Origin: Callorhinchus milii | Taxonomy: Eukaryota | DNA length: 64,000 bases | Assembly (NCBI RefSeq): GCF_018977255.1 | Contig: NW_024704766.1 | Coordinates: forward strand, 3,906,001-3,970,000 | Direction of reading: 5' to 3' | Shown here: piece by piece, positions 11,706 to 25,894 of the stretch | Layout of the letters: each line of letters begins with the position of its first letter | Numbering within the stretch: the stretch's first letter is position 1 | Translations under genes and position numbers: made by a program | The notes under the pieces: model-generated | What the model saw: only the letters and a program-made list of their open reading frames with translations | The model's database searches: none | Told to the model about the DNA's origin: nothing

Positions 11706-13380
11706 GGATCCAACAGCCACAAACAAATGGACCTAACAACTTTCAAGTGCAGCCCCTCTACTTAACCCTTTAATTGGGTTGATGGAGAATCTACGTACGA
11801 CACTATCGATTGTTTCTTTCGCCGCGATACACCGGCCTCCAGAATATTCAAGGTCTCCAAATTGACCAAATGTTAATTAACAGATCGCAACAATCCTTGA
11901 AATCGGTAACCTTCAGTGTTAAAACATCTCAAACGCGCTTTGCAGATAATTGAGGTCAAGTGTAGTGACTGTGCTTGCAGGGACATCCTCCCGATATGAA
12001 AGGCGCAAATTTTGTTGTTGCTATTGTTGTTGTTTCAGGCAATCAGGCCAACTGCGTGATGTTTCTCTAGCATCTCAGTAAATCAAATAGATTCAGAACT
12101 GGTTGGATTTGGATATCTACAGTCGGATTTTCACACCAAGTTGGCAAAACTTTGCAGACATGGAGTTACTGTGATACACTGAGGACACCTGCTGGCTCCT
12201 TCAGTATTAAATAGAATCAAATACGTAGCATAAGATTAGTAATAATAATAATCCTTGGTTTTGATGTAACACCTTATCAGATCTTCGAGTTATCTCAAAG
12301 CGCTTCACGGAGTGTATTGTGAAGTGGATTGACTGTGTATTTTATGGGCGAAATACAAGCATTAAAAAGAGTTTACAGTGCAGCACGTGTCGACGTACTC
12401 CAAAGTGAATATTGCACTGAACAAAAAAAATCCTGAAGTCTGAACACGACAAAGAGATAAGTTAACAAAATAAATTAAAATGGAATGCTCCTTATCAAAA
12501 AACAGAGGTTGCTGCACATCAATAATAGTTTTTTAAAAAGGGGTACTGGACAAATATTTGAAAAGTATATTAAAGGGCTTGTTTAGGGAAAAAGCAATGA
12601 CTGGGATTAAATTTTTATTTTGAACTGTAAAGGCAAGAGGGGTTGAATGACCTTAATCTCTGCTAAAAACAATCTATGCTCGTATAGATGCCACCCTTCT
12701 ACTTTACCCCTAACCTTCCTGCCCTCCACCCTCCCTGATCCCAGCTCCCAGCTCGGGTTCAAATCCCTTGATTTGACATCCCAGCGCCTTGGGATGTCCT
12801 CCCGACGTGAAAGGCGATATACAAATATAATATTGTATTGTATTTCCCACCAGAAAGCTGCGCAGGGNAAAAAAGTATTGACAAGTAAGAAATATTTAAC
12901 CTCAAGAGAAGATCTCATTGCTGTCAGCAAACACCAGCGAAATATAACTGAATACAGGGTATCTGTAAGAGCTTTGTAACCTGAGCTACGTCACGTTTTG
13001 CCCCTTAACTCAAGGCAACTTGTCAGTTGTCTACAACTTTAAGTCACCACATTTGAATCAAATAAAAACCGTTTGGGATGTCAGCACGCAGTAAACAAAG
13101 TTTTTAATCTGGTTTCCAAAAGCATCACAGGTCTATAAAACAGGAAAAAGAAGGCATTACATCTACCATCTGTTGAGAAACTTTTTTTTTAAGCTGCTAT
13201 GCAGAAAGCTACACAAGTTTTAAGCTCATGGATCTGGAGGTAAATTGCTGTTTATTACGCTTGATGCTCCGAGTAAAGACAAAAGCCGAGTGGAAGTTTA
13301 TATCTCATTCTGACATTCAAGCCTCTTTCCACTGCGCTGGAGGGGAATTCTTTTATAATGAAATCTCATCCATCCACCAT

Positions 13381-13840
13381 GGTGTCAGCCTGGCTCAGTT
13401 GGTAGCACTCATACTCAAATGGTCAGGATTCTGAGCTCATAGTCTCGGATAACACTCCAACACTGGGGAGGGGCGGTTGGGAAATGCTGCACTGTCAGAA
13501 GTGCCTTCCTTTGGATGAGATATTAAACCACCCTCCTACCCCCTCCCCTCCTCACTCTCCACAACCGCCTGATCCCAACCACCAACTCAGGTGTGGAACC
13601 CTGACTGTCCAGCGCCTTGGGACATTCTCCTGACGCAAAAGGGCGCTATACGAATGCAATTTGTTGTCGTCGTTAAAGATCCCATGGCATTATTTGCAAA
13701 AGCGAAGGGAGTTTCTCTTGGTGTCTGGTCAACAATCTTTCAGATAAAATTGGTTATTCACTCCACGGCTGTTCGTGGGAAATTACTGTGTGTAAATTGG
13801 TCGCCACAAACATTCACAAAAAGTCTCTACACTTTATAAG
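13381..13840 (+). mobile_element. Older Deu-SINE interrupted by an L2 end (13530-13672)
   Basis: Head ggtgtcagcctggctcagttggtagcactc; core breaks after gatgagatattaaacc and resumes at gttaaagatcccatggc. Confidence 0.75.
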
Positions 13841-16800
13841 GTGTTGTACTAATTAATTCATGGATGTTGTCGATGATGATGATTATTCTTACTGCCAGAA
13901 GGAGGAAGCAAAATTGAGTATTCCCAGAATGTCGTGGTGATGTCCATGATCCAGCTTCCAATTGGGCTCCAGGTGAGTCGGGAATCTTTGAGTGTGGTCT
14001 ATAAACCCCCATAATAATGAGAACGCAAGCACATTTCCTTATTTAGAGCATTCTCTAATTAACCTGAAAAAAAATGTCTGTCTCTAACCATTGGACCCGA
14101 GGGTACATTTTAAAAAAATAACATAAAAGTAACATAAGGTCCTCATGTTTTGGTAATAAAACTTAATGCAGCGAAGCTATAAAAGCACCATATAATTGTT
14201 TCCAGAGAAAAGCCCCCATGTAATACAGTTCCTATGTGAAGTCAAGTGCACAGTAACCCCCAAGAAAATGATTAGGAGGCCCGGGCGAAGCTAAAAAGCT
14301 GGTGTCATTATGTCGGAGGTATTACATAAATAACATTGACTCCCTTTAACATTTTCAGATGGTGAATGTGCCCATTCTGTTAACCTGTACGCCTTGGGTT
14401 TCAAGGAATTTTAAGGATATTTTGGGAAGTCATTAAAATTCCGAAAAGAAAAAAATGAATAAATCCTGGCTGCTCCTGCTGGCACCTCCTGAGCTTTGTT
14501 TGGGTTGAGTTTAGTGCCAAGTGGGAGAGATTAGATTGCGCGGCTGCAACAAAGGTGATGGGGATGATATTGCGAAGGGTGAGATGGCCGGTTGGTGTTT
14601 CGTTGTCAGCTGGAAGCAATTAGAGCTCATTTGACCTCCTCTTTCGAGGAGTGGGCCCTTCGCTGGTTACACACGCCAATGCCCTGCTGATCGCACGCAC
14701 CAAAGAGATCTCCTCGGCCTTCCAAGGAGTTATGATGATATATAATAATAATCCGTGCATTTGATATAGCGTCTTATAAAGTCTTCGAGACGTCTCAAAG
14801 CGCTTCACAGAATATACCGTAAAGTGAATTGACTGTATGTTTTGTGGGCGAAAAATATACAGTGAGCAATGTAAATGGAATCATGTTAACCAGACACTAA
14901 TCTTACCTGTTACATGTTGCAGTACTTTACATTGAGGATCCTGCTCCCTCCCATGGTATTCCCATTGACATGTTTTGGTATTCTGTCCATTGAAACGGTA
15001 GTCCAATACCGCAACTCTCTGTGTGCACTTCATCATTCATGAGTTATGACCTCGTCCACACCAGCAAAATACAGAACAGATTAAGGAGATGTCTAAGTCC
15101 CTTCTTATCTGGTTTTGTACAGAACCATTTAGCTAACCATTCATATTTGCTTGCTGACTCACTTGGAAGAGTATTTGGTTTGAAATGGCCCAGCAAGTGT
15201 AATGTAGCTTAGTTTAACATGTGTTTTTTCTGTGCAAATTAGGATTTCAGTTAAGGGATACCAGGATTTAACATTGTGAGTTAATTAGAAAAAATGAGAA
15301 AATCAAATAATTAACAAATATTCTAACTCAGGTGTTTAATAATAATCCTATAGTAATAATTCTTGCATTTGATATAGCGCCTTACCACGTCATTGAGGTG
15401 ACTCAAAGCACTTTGCGGATTACTTAAAGTGAATTGACTGGATATTTTGTGGGCGAAACGCGGCTGCCAGTTACTCACAGCAGTGTCCCACAAAAACAGT
15501 CATGAAATGAATGACCAATCTTATTTAATGCCAGTTACCATTCCAATTGATCTATGTTATACCCCTCCACAGTCCAAGATGTCGTGACTGTGATACAGTA
15601 TGCAGTACTCCACATGAATTTGGGCCAATTTCCTATACAACTTCAACATTAGTTCCTATGAGTTAAACTCCATCCCTTCAGCTGTATATCCATAGAACCA
15701 GGAAATAAACAGAATTGTTTCAATAAAATCCTACACTAAAACTTTAGTCCGAGGAAGTTAGGAGTGAATTGTGAGCCAAAAAAATATTTGCTCCTGATCT
15801 CGTGTTCCCCCGGCATCTTTCTGATTCTGTTGCTTGCCCTTAACCAAGAGATTATATATAATAATCCTTGAAATTGATCCTGTGTCTTTTTACGTTGAAA
15901 TGCATTTCACAGCAAATACTGTTTAGTCTAGTGTAGTCTAGTGTATCTGGCCAACAAATCCTCCAGTTAAAATTGGTCATTGAACTCCTGCCTGTTTGCT
16001 CTATAAATGAAAATGCGACAACAACTTGCATTTTCACCGATATAGCGCCCTTCACCCAAGGTAGCGTCTCTGAACATTTGTGCTGGTCTTCTACTCCCAC
16101 AACCTTCTGACCCAGAAGCAAATGTGTTACCAACTGAGGCAAGCTGACACCCTTACATTGTCATAGAGGACAGCACGATTGGAATCTTATTCCCTTTGGT
16201 AATTTTAGCTCCGCCGGGTGATGTCAATATTGCTCTGCACTGTTCTACGCATTTCACAAAGGCTTTGGATTTGCAAGCCCGGTTATTTATGGCCTGCTGT
16301 TTAATGTTACATTGAGGAGGGTGAATAGTTTCACAACTCCGTCCAAAAGAATCCGATATTCTGTGAGGTATTGTGTTGTTCGGTGTCATTGCCTGATAGA
16401 AGCAGAAGGTATGAGCAGTGGCGCCAGCAGATGTTTATAGGTATTGCTGGGTGGGTGTCAGAGAATTGCGGAGAGTTGTTCAATATCAGGCTTCAACAGA
16501 TTGCTGAAGCTTTGCTCTCGCAGTTAATGGCCTCTATTATCTGGATCCCATGTTTGCACTGCTACCTTGTAATTGGAACTGCACATTTTTCACAGCCTGC
16601 CTGGATTTCCTGAAGTCCATGAAATTGGAAAGACGCCATGAAACCTTTACTAGACGTCCCAGATAATGGGATGGTAACTCTTGATAGCCAGGCAGGGAAG
16701 GGCATGTTACCCAACACCTTTCGTAAGAGTTCTCGGTCTCTCGAAAATTAAAGGAGTAAAGCCAGGCAAAGTGTGACAGATCCATACTGTTTACTCCACA

Positions 16801-17514
16801 CGACAGGTCGAAATATATTTCTCTCCCTTGGCTATGCAGTGCCGGTGGCTGCTGGCATGAATTTTTGGCTTGCAGGTCAGACATTACAGTCGATCGTGTT
16901 TCTTTTCTCTCTTAAAAAAAGGTGTTCAGAACATTTTGTGTCACGTGGGCACATATCGATTTACCTTCCTGAAGCGAATTTGTCACGGAAACTGCTCGAG
17001 ATTACAAAGGGGGTGTTTTTGTCATCGGGCTAGGGAGAGTCTGACAAAACGGGCTGTACTCATGGAACGACTGAAACAGTATTAAAAGCTTCCTTGACTC
17101 ACACTAGAGAATGATTGTACTGGATACCTATTGTCTTAGAATTTCTCCCCAAAAGATCTTTTGCAAACAAAAGGTAAATCTCATTCTCTAAAATGGAGAG
17201 TTGTGCATTGTAAAGGGAGACCTTGACCTTGGTGCCTGATACATAAAAAGGTTCCTACACATAGAAAGGTTTCCCCAAATGTGCTTCAAACCAACCCACC
17301 AGAATCCTGCCCGAATGCTGATAATCTTTTTGCACGTTGGAGTCGAATTTCGGTTGGAGCTTGGCAGATTGGTGTCTGAGCGGAGTTCTGTTAACCAATA
17401 TTCTATATTTAGGAAAGCTTTTTTCGAGTGGATGCTCATTACCTTCATCCGTGGAGTGTGTTCGAGTGAACCTTTTTGTTCAAAAAACAAGTTTATTTAA
17501 ACAGAGGAGAAATG

Positions 17515-17822
17515 ATAGTAATACTGGCATTCGATATAGCACACGATCATGTCTTCGAAATGTCTCAGAATATATTGTAAAGCGAGTCGACTGTATATTT
17601 TGTGGGTGAAATGCAGCAGCCAATTGCACACAGTAGTGTCCAACAAACAAACAGTCGTAGATTGAGTGAGCGAATTATTTTTTTTTTTAGTTTGTATTTT
17701 GAAGGGATTTATTGCCTCGCGAAAAGTATTCCATCATTCGACTAATAACCAGGTTCCTACTTACAGCTTGGTAAACAGAGGCGTGTGTGTGGAGTAAGGA
17801 AACTTGCCTTTGGTTTCGCCCC
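17515..17822 (-). mobile_element. Same SINE, head missing
   Basis: Body ccaggttcctacttacagc...ggagtaaggaaacttgcc plus degenerate tail. Confidence 0.85.
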
Positions 17823-19989
17823 ACTGTGCAAGACTCCCTTTCTCGAGCTGCAAGTTACATAGCGCAGGTCAAGTTACCAAGTGCTTACGGACAGACCTGA
17901 GCAATTTTTAAACCAGGCAACAAACACAGTGTTGAGTAAACTAGCAGAAATAAGTGCTTAACTGTGCAATGTTCCTACTCTGCACCACCTAACATTGAGA
18001 GGTAAATAGATGGTGTGCAGGAATGATTGAATGAGCAGCATCAACTCCCCTCACCTCACACCACGTCCCTCCCCAGCAGCAACATCACCAGCTGCACTTG
18101 AGGCAGTGAAACAAATCTCTCAATTGGCTTGAGGCTACTAATAATGTGCTACTGATCCAATTGACATAGAAAAGAAAGGCGCTGAAACCGGCTGAGGCAA
18201 CTGAAATCAACAAGGGTCGACATTCCATTCCTCTCAAATCTTCATTCCAAAAAAGGTAAAGGCAAGCTATCCCGACTTATTCTATAACTCTAACCGCATC
18301 CTTCCCAGTACCAGCCGTCTAAATTAAAAATGACAAAGGGAATCTGAGCAATTGAACCACTTCAATCGCACTCGGCTTCTAAGAATCACAACTCAATCCT
18401 ACATGGGAAGTTTAGAGGAATGATTATTTCAATCAGCACCTGTTGATCAAAATGTGGCTTATGATCGTTCATGAAGACCTAATTTACTAGAGAAATAAAT
18501 CGAGATCAAGCAACCTTTGGTCATGGTGTAGACATTTATGGCCACATTCAAAGCACCAGCAGCGAGAATCCTCAACATCTGTTCGAAGGCTAATTGCTTT
18601 GTCATTATCTGCAGGAAGGGTGGGATAGTTACAACAATCCCTTACATTTGATATCCCGCCTTCGTGCTTAGGGTTTACTGGACTTGTGCACTGAATTTAC
18701 TGTGAAGGGTGGGGACTCTGTTTCAATTTGCACACAGACATGTCCTGCGACCATGAATTGAATGACCTATTTTATTTTCATTTTGATGGATTCTCCTTCA
18801 AATAAATAATAATAATAATAATAGCAATAATCCTCGCATTTTGATATAGCGCCTTATCATGTCTTTTAGACACCTCAAAGTGCTTCACAGAGGCTTCTTG
18901 TATTTATTCACAAATAAAGGATTCTTGTATTTATACCCATGATATAATTCTATTTAAAAGTGTGAACACCGGTTTAACTTTTCTCATTTCTACACTGATC
19001 TGCACTAATCAACACTGACCCCACTTTATACTTGGGTCTGAAATTACAGTATCAATGTCACTATCATCAAAATGTCCTTTGGGAGATTACTCATTGAAAA
19101 GCGGAAATGGAAACGGCATTAGAATAGTCGTTCCACAGTGGGAAGAAACAAGTGCTTAAAAATATGTGTGTGAATGAGTGGAATATAATTCAATCTCAAG
19201 ATTCTGACCAAATTCAGAAGCTGCTTTTATTTCACTCTCTTCGTTTATGAGCCCAATCCAAACGCTCAATTGGATTACAGCCTTAATACCCAGATTTCAC
19301 TTCACTTTGTGGTGCAATAGATCCCAAGTCCTACTTTTGTTCACTTTAAAACTCGCCTCTTAACTTTACGCACCTATATTGTCACTCGCTGCTTCTCACT
19401 CTCTTCATGCAAACATCCTGATGTTCTGGGAAAAAGCTGAATAAAGGAGTAGGAAAGGTCACTTGGGCCACATGATAGTCCATGAATAGCAATTCATTTG
19501 TTCTACCCGGTTGGTTTATTTATTTTTGGACAAAGCATGAAGCAGCTCTCCAGAAGCGAAGGTTAATAAATTTCTCCTGAGGTGGTACAGAATCACTACA
19601 AAAGCTACACGGAGCTAAATGCTAAGCTTCAACAAAGCTGTTGACATTCAGTTAGCGTGTGGACCGGCAGGTTCTGTAAAGCAAGCTTGCAACTGTCATG
19701 TCATGTCGGAGAGTTTGAAGCCACTATTTGTGCTGCTGGCAATGTTTTATTCAACTCTTTATCATTTCTTCCCATGAATTAGTTTTGATTAGTCACTGTA
19801 TTTCATCGACACAACGGAGGAGTTTCTCAATGTTATGGAAGGTAACTAATCCATATATATCTCGTTTGTAATCTCCATTGATTTTCGTGGCCAACCTGTT
19901 TCTCTAAAAGATAAATTAAAAAGTATTTAAGGTACTGTCTAAGAAACTCTGCCTCCAATTTTAGAAATGCTCTCAGCTTTAGATATTGT

Positions 19990-20170
19990 TGGGGAGAAAT
20001 TCCACCTGGGTCTAGATTTACTCTATTTATGTCACATTTCAAAGCATCCAGAATTTTGTTACGTTCTTGAATTCATCCTTTCCTTTCAAGTCATTTCTCT
20101 TTCATTTCTTAAAGGAATTTACAGAATACCAGCTTCCGAATTAAGGCCAAATTGAAGAATTTGCCAAAAT
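19990..20170. mobile_element. Third copy of the MITE, right arm truncated
   Basis: tggggagaaattccacctgggtctagatttactctattt...aagaatttgccaaa. Confidence 0.7.
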
Positions 20171-20689
20171 GTCTCCCTTAGAATTCCTTACATAGGATAT
20201 CCCATCACCTCACCCCTCTTACCCCCCACCCCCCACACCAAATCTAACCCCCAGCTCGGGTGTGTTGCCTTGGGTTGTCCTCCCGACATGAAGGAGGCTA
20301 TATCAATGCAATTTGTTGGTGGTAGTTGTTTGTGTGTGAGAAATCTGAGTTGCTCTGTTGTCTATCATGCAGCTGAACTATAGGCTGTTTTCCTTTTACA
20401 TTACTAATGTCCATTTTGATGTCAACTGCTTGTGTTTGAGCCCCACGGACTGGCAAAGAGGCGATGTATGGATGTTTAGGATGCTAAAGTGATGGGAACC
20501 ATTTCCTCCCCTCTAATGTTCACAGCACATTTACATTTACAGCACTTCTGAGTAATTCTTACTGGCCAATCCTGACGAGAGACTCCCTTACACCAGCTCC
20601 TATTTATACACACTTCCCATAAGCGAGTACACTCCCTGAAGTTTAGAAGTTGGATCTTTCCTTACGAGACGATACAATAGGTGTGGACC

Positions 20690-20917
20690 TGAGTCTAACA
20701 ATGATCCTTTGTGAGAGAGAAGTATCAGTGGATAGCAGAGTGGAACCAGAAAGCGTTGTTTGTTTCAAGAACAAATTAGATAGATTTCTGCGAGTATAAT
20801 AACTCGGAATACAGTATATAGTTTGAGACAGGACATGTCAAGCGACTGCCAGAATGGTGGAAGGCAAACTAGATGGACTTTGGACTTCTTTCGGCTAGCA
20901 AATTCTTATGATCTTAT
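20690..20917 (+). mobile_element. CR1 3' end
   Basis: ttcaagaacaaattagatagattt...aaactagatggac...ttcttatgatcttat tail. Confidence 0.75.
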
Positions 20918-21609
20918 TAAGTAACTGCCAGCAAAGCAACAGATCTGCAATGTGACCAGGAAAGGGATAAGAGATTTCGAAATATTATTCTGTGGAAATT
21001 TGACACCGCCATTCAGGATTTCATTAATACTGTCACACACGACAATCAAACATCTTCTGAAAGTATCCTGAAACAAAACTGACACCTTCCCATATGTTAG
21101 GAAGCGACTGCTCATTAAGCAACGGATTTGCTGAAGAATACCACAAGGTAACAGATCATGCTTTGGTTATCAGGGGCCTGACCCATGACCAGTCTTAAGA
21201 TCATTCCAAAACAAACCGTGCGTTCCATCTCCCCACGGGAATTTCCCTTGGTCGAGAATGACTCTCTCCCCAGATAGCCTAATTCTGCAAATATTCGGCG
21301 TAGTTTGGCAAGAGCCAAGGTTTGGGGGACAACAGAAAATGACCATAAGTATCACTGAGCAAAGGCTACATTCTGGTTGACCCTTGGTTATCTAGTAACC
21401 CTGAGAAAATAATATCTTTTCGAAGCAAATTAGTTCCATCCAGTGCTTTTCTGACTTAGACAAATGACTTCTGCTTCTATGTGCTTTACAGCACACACAC
21501 CTTCATAGAAGCACACTACAAACTGAAGGTTAATCAAAAAATAGGTCGATTTGTGTGTTTTTTTTAATGTAATCTTTTCCAGATTCCACGCATTAACATG
21601 GATTACGAA

Positions 21610-22090
21610 GATAAATGATCACCGAGTGGCAGGTGGATTCGAATGTTAGGTAAATGCATAGTAATACTCACGAAACAAGTAAAAGGGAACAGTAAAAAAC
21701 ACGTTTCACATTTGCAGAGATGGAGAAAGAGAAAATTCAGGTGTGATTGTCAATTAACTACTCGCTGAAGTTTTCTGAAGTGAATTTTGCTTGTAACACG
21801 CCTAATGAAATTATGGATTGATTTAAGGGCATTTACCTGCACATCAAGAGAGTTTTCGTTTAACCTTACATCAATCATTGGTGAGGTTACATTTGGAATA
21901 TAGGGGTGCATCACAAATCAATCATTAACATTAGTGAACCTTTCACTGTGAATTTAGAGGATTTTCCAACATCGATGATTACAGGACTTTGAGCTGTAAG
22001 TTACAGGGTGTGGGTCACTGACTCGAACTTGCACTCATTAGAGAACAATGTCCAGGTTTTTAAGTAAAGACAGGAGATGGATGAATACTG
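21610..22090 (+). mobile_element. Highly decayed CR1 ORF2 fragment
   Basis: gagtggcaggtggattcgaatgttaggtaaatgc (WQ..FN..KC-like) and later CR1-like motifs. Confidence 0.55.
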
Positions 22091-22094
22091 TGCC

Positions 22095-22330
22095 GGTTGT
22101 GAATTATGGGTTCAAGCCCCATGACAAGGCTTTGACCTCATAGTCCAGGCTAACCCTCCAATGTAATGCGGGGTAGGGGCACTTTGTCGGAGGTGCTGTT
22201 CTTCGAATGAGACGTGAAACCGAAGTCCTGTTTGCCTATTCAAGCGACTTTAAAGATCCAATGGCATGACTTGAAACGAGAAGGGAAATTTTCATTGTCT
22301 TGACTAGCAATGTCATTCACTTTATGGCTG
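22095..22330 (+). mobile_element. Older Deu-SINE fragment
   Basis: gtcggaggtgctgttcttcgaatgagacgtgaaaccga...taaagatccaatggca; further relics at about 1640-1820(-), 6300-6437(+), 16085-16151(-), 51950-52140(-) and 54885-55010(+). Confidence 0.7.
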
Positions 22331-23584
22331 TATGTGGTCATTGCTTCTCCATCCAATCCAATCCCGTGATCTTAATAATGATAATCCTTGTATTTGATAA
22401 TAATCCTTAAGAAACGCAGCAGCCAATTGCGCACAGCAGTGTCCCACAAACAGTCGTGGGTTAAAAGCTTGTGAAAGCACCTCTCTTTCCTCACCTGCTC
22501 TTTCCCTATACCCTTTCATACTTACATTTTCTAAATGTATATCTAATTTCCTGATTATCGGTAAATTACTTGACAAAATACTGACCTCAATTTTCAGGTT
22601 CTGATTGAGCAATATCAGATTTACCGTTCATGTTTAGATAATAAGCAGAGCTGAATAGTCAGGCATTATAGCTCACTTTCAGTCAGCCCTAATAAATGGA
22701 GAACAAGAACAGCAATTTAACATTACTGCAGTTAATTGCCTCAACTAGTTACTCGTTACAAGATATGCGTTGCCTCTGTTGTTTGTCTTCGAGACTGAAG
22801 TAAAAAAGTTTAGGCAATCTAATGGAAACCAGTGCTGACAATACTCTCACTGTCCAGTAATCTTCCTTAGCCAAGTTAATGCTTCTAACCTTTCTCAATC
22901 AGCCCACTCCGTTCTGAAAGCCTGGTTCGCTCCCACCACCTGTCTCTCTTCTCCTGCCAACACCCCATCTGTAGCAAAGATCAAACAAACATTATCAAAT
23001 GGTCAAATGTTCTGAAGACTTATTCTGTTTCACCAAAATTTGTTCCAAATCACAGACTGCACTCTTCCTGCTCATAATCAAAATCTGCAATTACTTATGA
23101 ACAACTGGATTGTTGAATCCTTTCACTCAGCGTCTGAAATGGAGCCAATAGACACTAGGATTAATCCATTACAGTAAACTGTACCTTGTGATGTGTTTTT
23201 AACACAGCTTTCTCTTGTTCCTCAGGGCTTTTTCTCTCGCTTTGTCTCAAGCTTTTCACGATGCCCATCCGGTTTAGTTTCCAACATATTATGCTTCATA
23301 TTGGACGGATGTCAGCGAGTTATATTGTTCCCTGACATCCAATATTGATGATAATAATAATCATCCTCGCTTTGATATAGAGCCTCTTCACGACCTCTCA
23401 AGTCGCTTCACAGAAATACTGTAAAGTGAATTGACTGTATATTTTCTGGGCGAAACTCACATTGATCTTCTTGAATGAGCTCAACTTTGCTGTAGGGTTG
23501 GACTAAAGTGTCTGCTGTACTTACGATGAATTAGACAGTGAAGCCTTGATTGAGATCAGATACAAACACTTACGTACATGGACT

Positions 23585-23960
23585 TAGAATTACATAGACT
23601 GTACAGCATCAAAATAGTCCACAGCAATGTTTATGCTCCACCTCATCTATTCGCCTCTCCCTATCACCCTCCCATATTCCTCTATTCTCTTCTTCCCCAT
23701 GCATGCATCCGGTTTCCTCTTAAAAACATTGTTTTCTGCTTCGGCCACAGCTTCTATCAGTGAGTCTTACCTTCTCACCAAGTTGCTCCTAAATCTCTTT
23801 TACATCTGCTACTGGCTATCTTGTGTTTATGCCGCCCTTGTTTTGAACTCATCAACAAGTAAAAAGAGAGTATTTATGTCCACCTTATTGAGCTCTTTCA
23901 TGATATTAATATTATTATGTGAGCAAACTCTACTTTTTATGTATCTATTGGAGGATGGGA
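23585..23960 (-). mobile_element. Decayed CR1 3' region
   Basis: Tail-like catagactgtacagcatc followed by pyrimidine-rich CR1-like antisense sequence; a similar relic lies at about 5700-5990. Confidence 0.5.
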
Positions 23961-23992
23961 GATAACTAGAGGGGCAAGGGCGTAAAAAGATT

Positions 23993-24382
23993 ATAATAAT
24001 AATCCTTGCATTTGATATAGTGCCTTATCACATCTTCGAGATGTCTCAAAACGCTGGACAGAACATATTATAAAGTGAATTGACTGTATATTTTGTGGGC
24101 GAAATGCGGCAGCTAATTGCCCTGCAGCTTAGAACATTGTCCCACGATCCATAGTCGTGGATTGAGTTACCAAATTATCATTATTATTTATTTATTTATT
24201 TGGGTGGGGGTGCTATTACCCCCCAGAAAAGCAATCCGCCAATCGACTAACAACCAGGTTCCTAGGTAAACAGAGGTGTGTGGAGTAAAGAAACTTGCCC
24301 AACGTTTCGCCCTGCTCGGGAATCAAACCCAGGTCCGTTCGCTTGCCAGGCGAGTGTTCTAACTATTGAGCTCCGGGACTCC
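23993..24382 (-). mobile_element. Full-length tRNA-derived SINE (Deu-type, SINE2-1_CM-like)
   Basis: Head with A box (agctcaatagtt) and B box (ggtttgattcc), central body, hairpin tail and (TTA)n end. Flanked by a 9-bp near-perfect TSD aaaaagatt/acaaagatt. Confidence 0.9.
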
Positions 24383-25002
24383 ACAAAGATTCTCGTCTTT
24401 GCAATAGCGCATGATAAGATACTCCCATGCCAGGCTATATGGTGCCTGATTTAGATCCAGGGGTAAAGATCCTGTTTGTTGAACTGATCTAACGCTTTCA
24501 AACTGCAAAGCAAGTTGTGCGGCACAAATGTAACATTCCGTTCCCATCGCTTTGTATTTTTGATGCCTCTGACGAAACTGTTAAACTTGTACTAAATTCT
24601 AGGCCAGTTGGCGATGTTGTCTCATGTTCTCTTGGTAATAGATTATAAATCTCATGTGAGCCATTTCTCCAACTCAAAAAGCTACGGCAAAGCTAAGTGC
24701 AGGAAATAAGAGCCTTCAACATTTCTGCAATGCCTGAACAGAGGCGATGAAATAATGGGGTGAAAAATGGTGATCGCATACTACATTTCCCAATAGTTCT
24801 AGTTGATGTCCAGGAAAAAAAAAACAGGTGACATTGGTATTTGATTGAACCGATTCTCATCTTACAGTGATCAAAGCAGAAATTCACAAACTTTAGTTTG
24901 TAAGCACCGTGGTACATGATTACAGCTGCCACTTCTATAATCACAGTTGAATGTTTGCCAGACATTAGCAGGTCTGGGATAAAGTATCTATAGTTAAACT
25001 GT

Positions 25003-25395
25003 CTGCCTGGCTCAGTTGGTAGTATTCTCACTTCGGAGTCAGAAGGTTGTGAGTTCAAACATACTCCACATTGGGACTTTGAACCCGGGCTAGACTAGCA
25101 TTCCAATACAGTGCTGGGGAGCGCTGTATTTTTGGAGGTGTATTTTTAATGTCTTTCGGCTGAGATGTTAAACCTAAATCCTGTCCGTCTATTCAGGTAA
25201 ATGTTAAAGATCCCATGGCACCAACCAAAAAGTGAAGTGTGTTTCTCCGGGATTCCTGGCCAGCAACACCCCCGGAAAATATTGCCAGTTATGCACGCTG
25301 GCTGCCACTTTCCTCTCCAAAGTAGACAAGTCACTACACTTTACGGTAAATGTGAATTGCTTTGAGACATCCTCCTGACTTGAAAGGCATTACAT
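25003..25395 (+). mobile_element. Older tRNA-derived Deu-domain SINE (SacSINE1-like), near full length
   Basis: tggctcagttggtagtattctcacttcggagtcagaaggttgtgagttcaa head; Deu core gagatgttaaacc...gttaaagatcccatggcac; L2-like tail. Confidence 0.75.
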
Positions 25396-25894
25396 GGTGG
25401 AAGAGTAAGGCTGAATTACTTGTTATTCAACTTAATCATCCCACTAATATTTACGTAAAAACCAGACCCAAGACCAACATTTAAAAATACTCTACGGAAC
25501 TCAGAAACAAAAATAAAAATCACTAGTGTGTTGATTATTTAGGCAATGATGACTGTTATGCAATTGCCTTCAAAATACCCTCATGTAAAGTATCCTCTGT
25601 TTACAAGAGAGACCGTTCTTTATAACGGGTTGAAAACTCAATCTATTTATAAAAGAGAATTATCTGTGAGCCGTCCAAATTACTGGAAATGTTTTAGTCA
25701 GTTGAATTTAGCAAGTCGTACACCAGTTACCAGACGTAAGCTCTCCAGTTCCTTGCCAAGTGTTAAAATAAACAGACCATTTTTCTTCCATAAGTTCATC
25801 ACCCAACGCTTTAAAAGCATCAGCAATTCAATTATCCAAGTGCTAGCTCTCCACCCTCAGCAGTTTTGTAATATATGCTTTGTTCTCACAGATG

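Noticed and set aside
14907-15037. Minus-strand exon-like segment ending AACAG|gtaaga
   Set aside because: Open in one frame but unrecognisable, with no clear acceptor or partner exon.
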